Part shown: positions 56,401-64,000 of the stretch, in pieces | Layout of the letters: the number at the start of each line of letters is the position of its first letter | How positions within the stretch are numbered: the first letter of the stretch is position 1 | Origin: an uncultured Eggerthellaceae bacterium | GTDB taxonomy: Bacteria; Actinomycetota; Coriobacteriia; Coriobacteriales; Eggerthellaceae | Assembly: GCA_934670115.1 (NCBI GenBank) | Contig: CAKUOV010000005.1 | Location: forward strand, 172-64,171 | Length of the DNA stretch: 64,000 bases | Direction of reading: 5' to 3' | Notes under the pieces: model-generated | Told to the model about the DNA's origin: nothing | Database searches by the model: none | The model's input: only the letters and a program-made list of their open reading frames with translations | Program-made: the position numbers and the translations under genes

Positions 56401-56842
56401 TGCGGGAATGTTCAGCTTCTTCGGAAACGATGCTGACTTTACCGAAGGCGGCGTTGTCGCTCAAGCGCAGTTCGAAGTTGTTGGCGCAGGCGCTACAACC
56501 ATTGCTTTGGACGCTTCCGCTGATAACGTTGCAAGTGTGGAAGGAAGCACACGCGATCACGCTATTGTTGCTGGCGCTGCGGCCGAGGTGAGCGTGATTT
56601 CCGCCCAAGCCGTGAAGGGTGACGTAAACAACAACGGTGCAATTAACATTGTGGACGCTCAGATTGCCTACGACCTTGCAACAAAGGTAATCGAGCCTGA
56701 TTACGCTCCGCTTTTGTCGGTTGGCGAAGGCTGGTCGAAAGCTACCGTTGAATACACGGCCAACGTCAACGGCGACGATGCCATTGACGCCGCCGACGCA
56801 TTTGCAATCCAGCGTTACGCGCTTTTCAAAGCGTGGGAATAA
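53471..56842 (+). CDS. Giant secreted FMN-binding-domain protein with FIVAR-like, cohesin-like and dockerin-like modules
   Basis: The ATG at 53471 follows AAGGAGA, and a signal peptide ends ATALA. It has an FMN_bind domain with the flavinylation motif AVSGATYSS (about 54051-54074). Two further degenerate copies occur (DVVSRAT 54266-54286; DAVSSAT 55399-55419). A helical FIVAR-like segment (EADYTAESWASLTVELGEAKEQL) is present. The C-terminus has a cohesin-like beta module (LKVGDTFNVAISMKGDKITTAQGTLSFDDKVVRLTGF) and two dockerin-type Ca-binding repeats (GDVNNNGAINIVDAQIAYD; NVNGDDAIDAADAFAIQRY). Confidence 0.7.
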   Translation: MRNAPFRKNLGTLTNKAFRVFLTGSIVLSFSPATALANEVSQDGSASSALTLWTETQKEEPADTSATNIDSTDSSEVENMTLSEGDYTQFTLSPATLSALEAGKTYTPGVYTGSATVTNKGTDDWTTYQISVNVTIDENGKISAVVLTDDSYKNAAADSSDNETYLENAELGTRKATGVAAQIVQAQSVEGVQAVSGATYSSAALVEAVADALSKASAEVTDEYVYLYAALPYSEYYAAEDVQAAGSVAAGAQVDTHNEADTGAFDVVSRATTNHGLHRGSYQNTAIIYGTSGATYKVSSWNSGSEAVLEDGSTITFSQGDITAGETTDVMDHYEITGFKYVPVAVKSADVDAFKAKYAVVENGGTLAGGYTEQQLSSYSVVANVDANTNGLKVATKNDETGAFTFGKRQTGTTSGVKDSALKVADVSTLGVTTKNEKTGAALAGSYGDFLRVDLKSNYGDLGANMQAVFWEYYGSGDTVLATYGTKFAADNWMHKSNGIQLGLTESARCTLPEGTDGTGKWKVTICALGYQDTVLTLDIDASDINNAHVVSSTEALEQAISAAEALTEADYTAESWASLTVELGEAKEQLALAQQGPTKTTQEAVDEATSHLNEAIKNLVHAGFTTWADNYAQLGVDTSTGYDAVSSATNFTSYHAKDIPANVQRATDENGTVTLTGVNKTTKDATVTPVVSSSSFAYSNKYGTGEFVVVPDDTVEGYVWNEYLNAITAITINDGTTTVGTLPWIDYYGENSTEGFHYNKIEIAVNNGESIGSNKANVTRFAPFYADGASQIKAGTYTITVYADGYQPLSTSVNVLPTAEQPLSVRSTYDGAAVKLSGMPEDMADATATVSYTVGSGRNAKTYYLAQDAAVSNGVVKLSETMVAGTTYNVTVNSSNYAPMTASFTQQAEATLTLDLTTTAANLKVGDTFNVAISMKGDKITTAQGTLSFDDKVVRLTGFSTENSQLSEKDNFKWNDAGMFSFFGNDADFTEGGVVAQAQFEVVGAGATTIALDASADNVASVEGSTRDHAIVAGAAAEVSVISAQAVKGDVNNNGAINIVDAQIAYDLATKVIEPDYAPLLSVGEGWSKATVEYTANVNGDDAIDAADAFAIQRYALFKAWE

Positions 56843-56923
56843 ATCCCCAACATCTTTTAGCAGTGCTTTTCAAGATTCGGGCCTCATTTTTCGGGGCCCA
56901 AATCGGTGTGAAAAGGAGTATTC

Positions 56924-58321
56924 ATGACATCAACAACGCAAACGGAATCGTCGGATATTTCGGCAAGGAAAACGCCTAGGCGCGCGCGTCTTGCACAGCT
57001 TGTCTTTTTGGTTCCAGGGTTTGCGGTGGCAGCTGCGGTCGGCGTGTCTATGGCGGGATACGAGCCGCTTGTTTTTGACTCTTCGCTCTACGAGATTCCT
57101 GCTCCTGCTCAGGCGCAAGCGCTTGAAATTATTGACCCCAACGAAACAAGCGTGCGCGAAACGGGCCGCGAATACGATGGCTCGCTTGATCAAGAATCAT
57201 TCGAGATGCCTGCAAACGGCCTGGTTGATGGCGTGTACACCGCAGCTGCTTACGGCTACAAAAGCGACATTGAAGTTCAAGTAACTATTTCTCAAGGAGA
57301 AATTGCCGCAATTGACATTCTTTCGCAAAATGAAGATGCCGATTACTTCAATCGTGCGGTTGGGGTGGTATCGTCAGTTTTGGCTGCTCAGAGCACTTCG
57401 GTTGATGCGGTGAGCGGAGCAACGTTTTCTAGCAAGGGAATCCTGCAGGCAATTAACAGGTGTCTAGCCCAGGCTGCTGCGAACCAAGACAACACGACGA
57501 GCGACGGTTCTTCTGCGCCAGATGGTCCCGATATTCCTGCGGCCCCTGCTGCTCCTTCGGCTCCCAGCGTGCCTGTTTTGCCTGATGAATCGACTGACCT
57601 GGAGGTCGAAGGACTCTTGGACGGCGAGTATACCTCGTATACGTATTGCGCCGATGAAAAGAATCCTGACGCCTATCGTCCGTACTATCTTGCGGTGACC
57701 ATTCGGGTTGAGCAGGGTGCCGTGGCGCAGATTGTTGACGTTTATGGAACAGGTTCAGGCGAAAAAGATGCTTCTGAACTGGGCGAATACGACACAAAGA
57801 ACGATACCTACCTGGATTGGGCAGCATGGGGAAGAACTATTCGCAGCGAGCATATTACCTATACGGGCGTTGCCGACCAGATTGAGGCGGCCGGTTATCA
57901 GCGCGTGGAGTCGTATGATGTGGTAAGCGGCGCTACGTATTCGTCGGCGGCCGTGGCGAAGGGTTACAACGCTGCCCTTGACAAGGCGTGTCTTGCGTTT
58001 GCAGAGGCGTATCGTGCGGGTTTGATTGACAAGGACGGCAATCCCATAAAGCCGGAGGCCGATAAAACTCCTGGTCAGCAAGAGACTGCCGAGCCGGAAG
58101 AGAAACCGGGACTTATTGACAAGGACGACCAGCCCGTAAAAGCAGAAGCAGACAAAGCGCCTGGTCAGCAGGAGGCTGACAAAGCGCCCGATCAGCAAGA
58201 AACCAGCAAAGCGTCCGATCAGCAAGAAGCGGTTGAACCGGGAAAAGAGGCGGTTAAGCCTGAAAAAGAGGCAATCGAACTGGAAAAGAAAGAAGACGAA
58301 GCGACGGAGGACCGTGCATGA
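56924..58321 (+). CDS. Membrane-anchored protein with two FMN-binding domains (PplA-like)
   Basis: It has an N-terminal TM anchor, two FMN_bind motifs (DAVSGATFSSKGIL; DVVSGATYSSAAVA), and a C-terminal tandem repeat tail (GLIDKDGNPIKPEADKTPGQQE / GLIDKDDQPVKAEADKAPGQQE ...). Confidence 0.8.
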   Translation: MTSTTQTESSDISARKTPRRARLAQLVFLVPGFAVAAAVGVSMAGYEPLVFDSSLYEIPAPAQAQALEIIDPNETSVRETGREYDGSLDQESFEMPANGLVDGVYTAAAYGYKSDIEVQVTISQGEIAAIDILSQNEDADYFNRAVGVVSSVLAAQSTSVDAVSGATFSSKGILQAINRCLAQAAANQDNTTSDGSSAPDGPDIPAAPAAPSAPSVPVLPDESTDLEVEGLLDGEYTSYTYCADEKNPDAYRPYYLAVTIRVEQGAVAQIVDVYGTGSGEKDASELGEYDTKNDTYLDWAAWGRTIRSEHITYTGVADQIEAAGYQRVESYDVVSGATYSSAAVAKGYNAALDKACLAFAEAYRAGLIDKDGNPIKPEADKTPGQQETAEPEEKPGLIDKDDQPVKAEADKAPGQQEADKAPDQQETSKASDQQEAVEPGKEAVKPEKEAIELEKKEDEATEDRA

Positions 58322-58830
58322 TTCGTTTTGTTGTAAAACATGAAGGGTTCTTGCTGCGCTGTCTTGGGCTGGCGGTTGCACTTGGTGCGCTGTTTTCGTT
58401 CACATCGTGGGCTCAGGTTGCAAATGCGCACGACGACCAGGTCAAAGCAGAAATCCTTGAAGCTCAGCGTGCCACCCAACGCGGTTCTTACGCCACCGAT
58501 GGCGTGTTTCAAGGCGAAGCAGAGGGTTACGGCGGTCCTGTTTGCGTGCAGGTGACCATTGATAACGGGTTCATCACTCAAGTTGAGTTGGTCAGCGCCA
58601 CAGGCGAGGATCAGGCGTGGCTGAACATGGCGCTTCCTTTGCTTGACACTATTGTGCAGGAGCAAACAACGCAGGTCGACGTAGTAAGTGGTGCAACGTT
58701 TTCTTCGTCGGGAATCTTGAATGGCGCAACAAGAGCGCTTGAGCAGTCGGGTTTGGCGGCATCAGCGACTGCTTTATCGGAAGAAGATAGCGGGAATGAT
58801 TCGGAAAGAGACATTGAGCTGGGCGAATAA
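58318..58830 (+). CDS. Small secreted FMN-binding-domain protein
   Basis: The ATG overlaps the upstream stop (ATGA). It has a signal/TM segment and DVVSGATFSSSGIL. Confidence 0.75.
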   Translation: MIRFVVKHEGFLLRCLGLAVALGALFSFTSWAQVANAHDDQVKAEILEAQRATQRGSYATDGVFQGEAEGYGGPVCVQVTIDNGFITQVELVSATGEDQAWLNMALPLLDTIVQEQTTQVDVVSGATFSSSGILNGATRALEQSGLAASATALSEEDSGNDSERDIELGE

Positions 58831-58831
58831 T

Positions 58832-59785
58832 ATGAAAGACGGTAAAAAAGCAACGAAAGCACAGCTACGTAAACGTTCCCAGCTTGTTCAAAAAGGAGTG
58901 CGCTGGTCTGTTCAAATCATATTTTTCATTGCGGCTCCTGGAGTATTCAGCGCGGCGTTCAACGGCGTGAAGTATATTGCGGGGCAAATTGGCGGTCTTA
59001 AGGTCATTGAGCCAACGTCGTTTTTGCTTCTTTTGGCGGGTTTATGCGCATTCACGGTGATATTCGGTCGCTTTTTTTGCGGGTATGCATGCGCATTCGG
59101 AACGCTTGGCGATGCATTGTATCTGCTGTTCACCCCGCTGCGGTCTTGGTATGCTAAGCATTTTCCCACGGGGAAGGCACACCCAGCCTTTCTTGCAGTC
59201 TTGCGGTTTGCAAAAGTTGTTGTGTTGGGTGTTATCTTTGTTCTGTGTTTCCAGGGATCATATGAGTCTTCTTGGAGCCCCTGGACTGCGTTCGCTGGCT
59301 TCACGAGAGGCGCGCTTGAGGGCATTTCAACCGTTGCTTTTCTCATGCTGGCAGCAATTGCTGTGGGAATGGCCCTGGTCGAACGTTTCTTTTGTCGATT
59401 TCTCTGTCCGCTTGGTGCGCTTTTCAGCCTGCTACCCGTGTTGCCGATAAGTCAGCTCAAGCGAAACCCGCAGCGTTGCTCTTCCCGTTGTGAGGTCTGC
59501 CGTTCTGCGTGCCCAGTTCACATGCGTCCGGAGCGCGGTGGCTTCGAGATGGGCGAATGCATTGCCTGCGGACGATGTGCTGCGGCGTGTCCGATTGATA
59601 ATATTTCCATTGCGTCCTTGACTTGTGCGGGCGATTTGTCGGAAAAGGCTGCGAAGGAAAAAGAGCAGAATGGGCAGACGGGCGAAAAGCATCGCGCGCT
59701 TAAGGGGAATCATCCTCTGTGGGTTGTGCTGCGTGCCGCCTTGCTGCTTGCGCTGCTATGGGCGTTTGGCGCGGTGCGCTGGTAG
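58832..59785 (+). CDS. NapH/MauN-like membrane polyferredoxin (4Fe-4S binding)
   Basis: The ATG at 58832 lies 1 nt after the upstream stop. It has TM segments carrying CxxC pairs (FFCGYACAFG; FFCRFLCPLG) and two ferredoxin-type clusters (CEVCRSACP; CIACGRCAAACP). Confidence 0.75.
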   Translation: MKDGKKATKAQLRKRSQLVQKGVRWSVQIIFFIAAPGVFSAAFNGVKYIAGQIGGLKVIEPTSFLLLLAGLCAFTVIFGRFFCGYACAFGTLGDALYLLFTPLRSWYAKHFPTGKAHPAFLAVLRFAKVVVLGVIFVLCFQGSYESSWSPWTAFAGFTRGALEGISTVAFLMLAAIAVGMALVERFFCRFLCPLGALFSLLPVLPISQLKRNPQRCSSRCEVCRSACPVHMRPERGGFEMGECIACGRCAAACPIDNISIASLTCAGDLSEKAAKEKEQNGQTGEKHRALKGNHPLWVVLRAALLLALLWAFGAVRW

Positions 59786-59971
59786 GGCCATGGGCTGCAA
59801 GCACGTTATTTTTTACCGATATTTTGTTATCCTAGGTTTACTTTTCCCGATGATTCGTATAATGTTCACTGTCGCTTACTTTTAAGAAGCAAGTACGTGC
59901 AATTGAGCCGCTGTTACGGGCGTGCTCGTTGTTCTTTCTATGAACTGCGGTGAAAAAAGGAGAAGCAAAAT

Positions 59972-61030
59972 ATGACGTCACGCCTGTTGTCCAGAAGATC
60001 TTTTTTGGGCGCTGCGTTGCTTGGTCTAGCGGGCTCAGCCTGCGTTTTTCCTGCTTGTTCGCGTGCTTCTTCGTCTTCTTCGTCGTCGGACACGCAAAAT
60101 GCCGCCCAAACAACATCTGCTTCCGCTTTCTCCACCCAGAAGCGATCAATTTTCGTATTTGATACCGAAGTCTCGCTTTCTGCCGTATGCTCCGAAGAAA
60201 TCATGAACCAGGCGGTGCAGCGTTGCTATTACTTTGAAAATATTTTGTCCCGCACGGTGGAAGGAAGCGACGTTTGGCGCATCAACCAGGCGCAAGGCGC
60301 TCCCGTGCAAGTTGCTGCCGAAACAGCTGCGTGTATACATGCATCGCTTGATTATTCGCGTTCAACTCAAGGGCTTTTTGATATCACGATTGGTGCGGTT
60401 AGCTCGCTGTGGGATTTCCATAACAACATAAAGCCTGATGATAGTGCGATTCAGGAAGCGCTTACCCACGTTGGATATCAAAACATTCAAGTACAGGACA
60501 ATACGGTCACGCTTGCTGATCCCCTGGCGAAAATCGATTTAGGCGGCATTGCGAAGGGGTTCATTGCTGATGATTTGCACGATTTCTTCGTGAATGCCGG
60601 CTGCAACAGCGGCGTTATCAATTTGGGCGGAAACATTATGCTGATTGGCGCGAAAGAAGACGGCTCTCCCTGGCACGTAGGCGTGCAAGACCCCAATGAT
60701 GCAAGGAATGTTTGCATTGCAAGCGCCGATTGCACGGACGAGTCGGTGGTAACGAGTGGTTTGTATGAGCGTTATTTCGAGCAAGACGGTGTGATGTATT
60801 ACCACATTCTTGACCCGCGAACAGGTTACCCCGCGCAAACCGATTTATTGGCGTCTTCGATTTGCTCAAAGAAATCCATTGATGGCGATGCTTTGGCAAC
60901 GGCCCTTTTCATTATGGGCAAAGATCGAGCGCTTGAATTTATCGAGCAGTCAGAGGGTTTGGAGGCGTTGGTGGTTGACGGCGAAGATCAGATTTCGCTC
61001 TCTACGGGTGCGCGTTTTCAAGCGGTATAG
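59972..61030 (+). CDS. apbE: FAD:protein FMN transferase (ApbE family), Tat/lipoprotein-type signal
   Basis: SRRSFLGAALLGLAGSAC is a twin-Arg plus Cys signal. FDITIG, DLGGIAKGF, INLGGN, VVTSG.YER.F..DG..YHHILDPRTG, and ALATALF are conserved ApbE motifs. Confidence 0.9.
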   Translation: MTSRLLSRRSFLGAALLGLAGSACVFPACSRASSSSSSSDTQNAAQTTSASAFSTQKRSIFVFDTEVSLSAVCSEEIMNQAVQRCYYFENILSRTVEGSDVWRINQAQGAPVQVAAETAACIHASLDYSRSTQGLFDITIGAVSSLWDFHNNIKPDDSAIQEALTHVGYQNIQVQDNTVTLADPLAKIDLGGIAKGFIADDLHDFFVNAGCNSGVINLGGNIMLIGAKEDGSPWHVGVQDPNDARNVCIASADCTDESVVTSGLYERYFEQDGVMYYHILDPRTGYPAQTDLLASSICSKKSIDGDALATALFIMGKDRALEFIEQSEGLEALVVDGEDQISLSTGARFQAV

Positions 61031-61048
61031 AAAAAGTCCAGGTCAAAC

Positions 61049-61582
61049 ATGAGTTCACTATCGAAGAGCAATATCAAAAGGGAAAGCGGTACGGCACAGG
61101 ATACCGCCGATTCCGCTGCGGGTACAACGAGCGAAAAGGCAAGAGTGCGCGCTTCTGGAAAAGCGAGCAAACGTAGTATGGCCGTGGTTGCTCTCATATT
61201 CATAATCGTTTTAGGCGTCTATGGTGCTTCGCTTGTTTTCTTTGAGCAGTCTTCCTCGGCCTATGCCGTGGTCCATGCAAGCGATGGCTCGGAGAAAAAA
61301 CTGCCGCTCGATAAAGATGCGACAATTACCGTTTCCACCGATTTAGGCTCGAATACCGTTTTAGTGTCCAACGGCACGGTGAGCGTGATTGATGCCGATT
61401 GCCCGAACCATGACTGCATTCAGCAAGGTGAGATTTCAAACACGAATCAGCAAATCGTTTGCCTGCCGCATAAGCTGTGGATTGAAATCGTGGCGCAAGG
61501 CGCAGACTCTGCGGATAGTACCCAGGGTCAAACGCCTGCGAGCGATTCAGACAGCGGTCTTTTTGACGCAACAACAAGATAA
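61049..61582 (+). CDS. NusG domain II-containing (DUF1312-like) membrane-anchored protein
   Basis: It has an N-terminal TM segment. NGTVSVIDADCPNHDCIQQGEISNTNQQIVCLPHKLWIEI matches the NusG_II C-x-x-x-D-C ... CLPH pattern. Its genomic position next to ApbE and a Gx transporter is typical. Confidence 0.7.
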   Translation: MSSLSKSNIKRESGTAQDTADSAAGTTSEKARVRASGKASKRSMAVVALIFIIVLGVYGASLVFFEQSSSAYAVVHASDGSEKKLPLDKDATITVSTDLGSNTVLVSNGTVSVIDADCPNHDCIQQGEISNTNQQIVCLPHKLWIEIVAQGADSADSTQGQTPASDSDSGLFDATTR

Positions 61583-61611
61583 GCATCTGCGGCGTAAACA
61601 GGAAAGCAGAT

Positions 61612-64000
61612 ATGCGAAACGCGGCGATTCAGGATAAAAAAACACGTGTTGAACAGGTAAAATGTCTTTCCCGTGTTGCGCTTTTAAGTGCCGTAGCACT
61701 TGTGTTGAGCTTCATTGAAACCATGATTCCTTTGCCACTTGGGTTTCCGGGATTCAAGCTTGGTCTTGCAAATGTTGCTATTTTGGTGGCGCTTTATGCA
61801 ACTGATGCAAAAAGCGCAGCCTGTGTTGCTGCTGTTAAAGTGGCTGCGGCGGGCTTTTTGTTCGGCTCTCCCACTATGCTTGTCTATAGTGCGTCGGGAA
61901 CGCTGCTTGCCTTTCTGGGGATGTGGGGTCTTTCCCGCGTGAGCTGGCTTGATGTGGTTCCCGTGAGTATGATTGCCTCGCTTCTGCACGTGGCGGGGCA
62001 GCTTTGCGCCGCCGCAGTGTTTCTTTCGAGCCTTGCTGTTTTGATAAACGTGCTTCCTTTGGGCGTTGCCGCTTGCGTTACCGGTTTTCTGACGGGCGTT
62101 GTCGCGCGCGGTGTGCTGAGCAATTTTGCGGTGCAAAATAAGACCGAACGAATGCGGATCGATGTATCGAATCTTGCTGTTTCTCCTGGTCAGCTCATTG
62201 CTTTTGTGGGAAGAAACGGAAGCGGAAAAACAACGGCGGCGTTGCAGCTTGCGGGACTCCTTGAAGGGGAAGATGATTCTTCTTGCTTCGCTTTGGAGGG
62301 TACATCGACGGGCCTTTCAAAAGATGAAGCGAAGGAAGCGAAGGTTGCACCAAAAGACGGGAAGGGGAGCTCGCATTTTACGCATGCGTCAAATGCGGCG
62401 CTTGCGGGGATTGCCTTCCAAGATCCCGATGATCAGATTGTTGCGCTCTTGGTTGCCGACGACGTTGCGTTTGGTCCCGAAAACTGCGGTGCAAGCAGAG
62501 AGGAAATGCAGGATATCGTCTGCGCAAGTTTGAACCGAGTGGGGCTTTCTGGACTGGGAAAACGTCCTATTAGCCAGCTTTCAGGTGGCCAGAAGCAGCG
62601 CGTTGCCGCGGCGGGTCTTCTTGCTTGTTCTTTCCCGATGCTTATTTTCGATGAAACAAGCGCCATGTTGGACGAGCGAGCGCGCGCCGAGCTTATGGAC
62701 GCGTTTCGCGGACTTTGCCAGCGGGGCATTGCAGTTGTTCTTGTCACGCAGCTTATGGAGGAAGCGTTTCGGGCGGATAGGATTGCGGTCTTTTCGGATG
62801 GCAACCTTGTTGCGCAAGGCGCGCCCGAGGAGCTGGAAAAACAAGAGGACGCTTTTCTTTCGTGGGGGCTTGAGCTCCCGAAACATCGCCAGCCTGCGCA
62901 AGGGATAACGCCTTGGCAGGCATATGCTGCCTGCTTGGCTGCGTCCGCTTCCTTGCATACGTGCGCGGAAGCCGCGTGGGAAGAAACCGCGCAGGGAGAA
63001 GTCACTCAGGAAGAATCAGCGCAGAAAGAAGCCGTGCCGCTTCTTTCATGCGAAAAACTCTCTTTATCGTATGAAACGAGCAGTCCGGCGCATCGGGGCG
63101 TGCCGCGCCGGGGGCAAGATACGGAAAACATTGCGAACGCTTTTTTTCTAGCGGACTTCAGCCTTTCTCTTTATCCGGGTCAGGTGGTGGCTCTTACGGG
63201 GCGTTCTGGCTGCGGAAAGACAACGTTGCTTCGCGCCCTGGCGGGCGAGCTGGCTCCCGCGCAGGGTGCCGTTTTCGTTTGCGGTGAAAATTATTGGAGC
63301 GATAATAAAACGATATTGCCTGATGAACGGCGTTTTCTTTTTGCGCAAAAGGTGGGGCTGTGTCCGCAGATGCCCGAACGGTCGCTTTTCGCGAAAACGG
63401 CGTTTGAAGATGTTGCCTTTGGCGCCCGCAATAAAGGCATGACGGGCGCACAGCTTGAATCGGCGGTATGCGATGCACTGGAGATGTTCCATTTGGATCC
63501 CGAGCGCGCCCGCACGCAGGCATCTTGCTCGTATTCCGGCGGAGAACAGCGGCGGATAGCCCTTGCTTCTGTTTTTGCCTGCCAACCAAAAGTCCTGCTT
63601 CTGGATGAGCCAACGGCGGGACTGGATCCTGTTGAGCGAGAGTCGCTCATGGCGGCGCTTATGGAGTTTGCCGCAGCAGGTGGCGCCGTTTTGTTTTCGA
63701 CGCACGATGAATCACTTGCCCGCAGAAGCGCGCTGCGCGTTGTTTGCCTGGATGAGAGCACGGCCGGCGATTCCGAAAATGTTGCAGCTTGCGACGCGCT
63801 TTTGGAAGGCGCTGCGGCCAATGCCATGCGTTCGGAAGGGCTTTCGGGCCAGAATGCAGGTGCTGGCTGCAAAAATTCCCCGCTGCGCCCTTCAAAGCCT
63901 CTTCCGTTTGGTGTGTTCCGCGATGGCAATTCTTTCGCGCATCGATTGCACCCAGCGACTAAAATCGTATTCTGCCTGTTTTTGATGGTGGGCGGTTTCT
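61612..64000 (+). CDS. Open-ended fused ORF: Gx-transporter (Hpre_diP_synt_I / ECF S-component-like) + ABC ATPase + ABC ATPase + start of an EcfT-like domain (partial, runs off window)
   Basis: This ORF is not in the supplied track because it has no stop in the window. I translated 61612-64000 by hand in one frame and found no stop codon. 61612-62150 is membrane (SFIETMIPLPLGFPGFKLGLANVAILVALY). ATPase 1 has GRNGSGKTT, LSGGQKQRV and LIFDETSAMLD. ATPase 2 has GRSGCGKTT, YSGGEQRRI and LLLDEPTAGLD. The last 30 codons (SFAHRLHPATKIVFCLFLMVGGF) look like the EcfT/CbiQ N-terminus. Confidence 0.75.
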   Translation, partial: MRNAAIQDKKTRVEQVKCLSRVALLSAVALVLSFIETMIPLPLGFPGFKLGLANVAILVALYATDAKSAACVAAVKVAAAGFLFGSPTMLVYSASGTLLAFLGMWGLSRVSWLDVVPVSMIASLLHVAGQLCAAAVFLSSLAVLINVLPLGVAACVTGFLTGVVARGVLSNFAVQNKTERMRIDVSNLAVSPGQLIAFVGRNGSGKTTAALQLAGLLEGEDDSSCFALEGTSTGLSKDEAKEAKVAPKDGKGSSHFTHASNAALAGIAFQDPDDQIVALLVADDVAFGPENCGASREEMQDIVCASLNRVGLSGLGKRPISQLSGGQKQRVAAAGLLACSFPMLIFDETSAMLDERARAELMDAFRGLCQRGIAVVLVTQLMEEAFRADRIAVFSDGNLVAQGAPEELEKQEDAFLSWGLELPKHRQPAQGITPWQAYAACLAASASLHTCAEAAWEETAQGEVTQEESAQKEAVPLLSCEKLSLSYETSSPAHRGVPRRGQDTENIANAFFLADFSLSLYPGQVVALTGRSGCGKTTLLRALAGELAPAQGAVFVCGENYWSDNKTILPDERRFLFAQKVGLCPQMPERSLFAKTAFEDVAFGARNKGMTGAQLESAVCDALEMFHLDPERARTQASCSYSGGEQRRIALASVFACQPKVLLLDEPTAGLDPVERESLMAALMEFAAAGGAVLFSTHDESLARRSALRVVCLDESTAGDSENVAACDALLEGAAANAMRSEGLSGQNAGAGCKNSPLRPSKPLPFGVFRDGNSFAHRLHPATKIVFCLFLMVGGF

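Noticed and set aside
1-64000. I searched by eye for CRISPR arrays, tRNA/rRNA genes, and integrase/transposase/reverse-transcriptase ORFs.
   Set aside because: I found no regularly spaced 25-40-nt repeats with unique spacers, no cloverleaf-like or rRNA-like segments, and no ORF with recombinase, DDE or RT motifs. The absence is by inspection only; tRNAscan-SE, Infernal and ISfinder would be decisive.

Overview
This is a 64-kb chromosomal segment from a high-GC Gram-positive bacterium. It carries sortase pili, LPXTG-type anchors, iorAB and many FMN-binding exoproteins; my guess of Coriobacteriia-like Actinomycetota is inference only. The window falls into three blocks. (1) 1-31.4 kb is a visibly lower-GC accessory/defence island. 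It holds a GNAT gene, a decayed HipBA::HicB junction, RhuM, and a complete Wadjet JetABCD. It also holds a DUF4143 AAA ATPase bracketed by an identical 31-nt palindrome, and an Abi_2 gene plus a very acidic orphan bracketed by 23-bp-phased iteron arrays. Next comes a sortase-pilus locus (tip pilin, major pilin, two class C sortases) with an embedded LytS-type kinase and a frameshifted response regulator. The block ends with a Sau3AI-like R-M pair, a standalone HIRAN protein, a Zn-ribbon/TM2 protein, Phd/RelE, and an Ltp-like exclusion protein. (2) 31.6-52 kb is mostly housekeeping (feoAB, HAD, purE, iorAB, nfo, apt, gamma-CA-like, DUF3810). It also contains a 1105-aa J-like (NPE instead of HPD) TPR protein next to an HscC-like Hsp70, an anchored surface protein, and a low-GC DUF559-like gene bracketed by two copies of an 80-bp palindromic element. 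(3) 53.4-64 kb is an extracytosolic flavinylation/electron-transfer cluster: a giant FMN-binding/cohesin-dockerin-like protein, PplA-like and small FMN-binding proteins, a NapH-like polyferredoxin, ApbE and NusG_II. It ends in an open-ended ORF, absent from the supplied ORF track, that fuses a Gx/S-component-like domain, two ABC ATPases and the start of an EcfT-like domain. I recognised no rRNA, tRNA, CRISPR array, integrase or transposase. All family calls come from reading motifs by eye and from gene order; none is backed by a database search.
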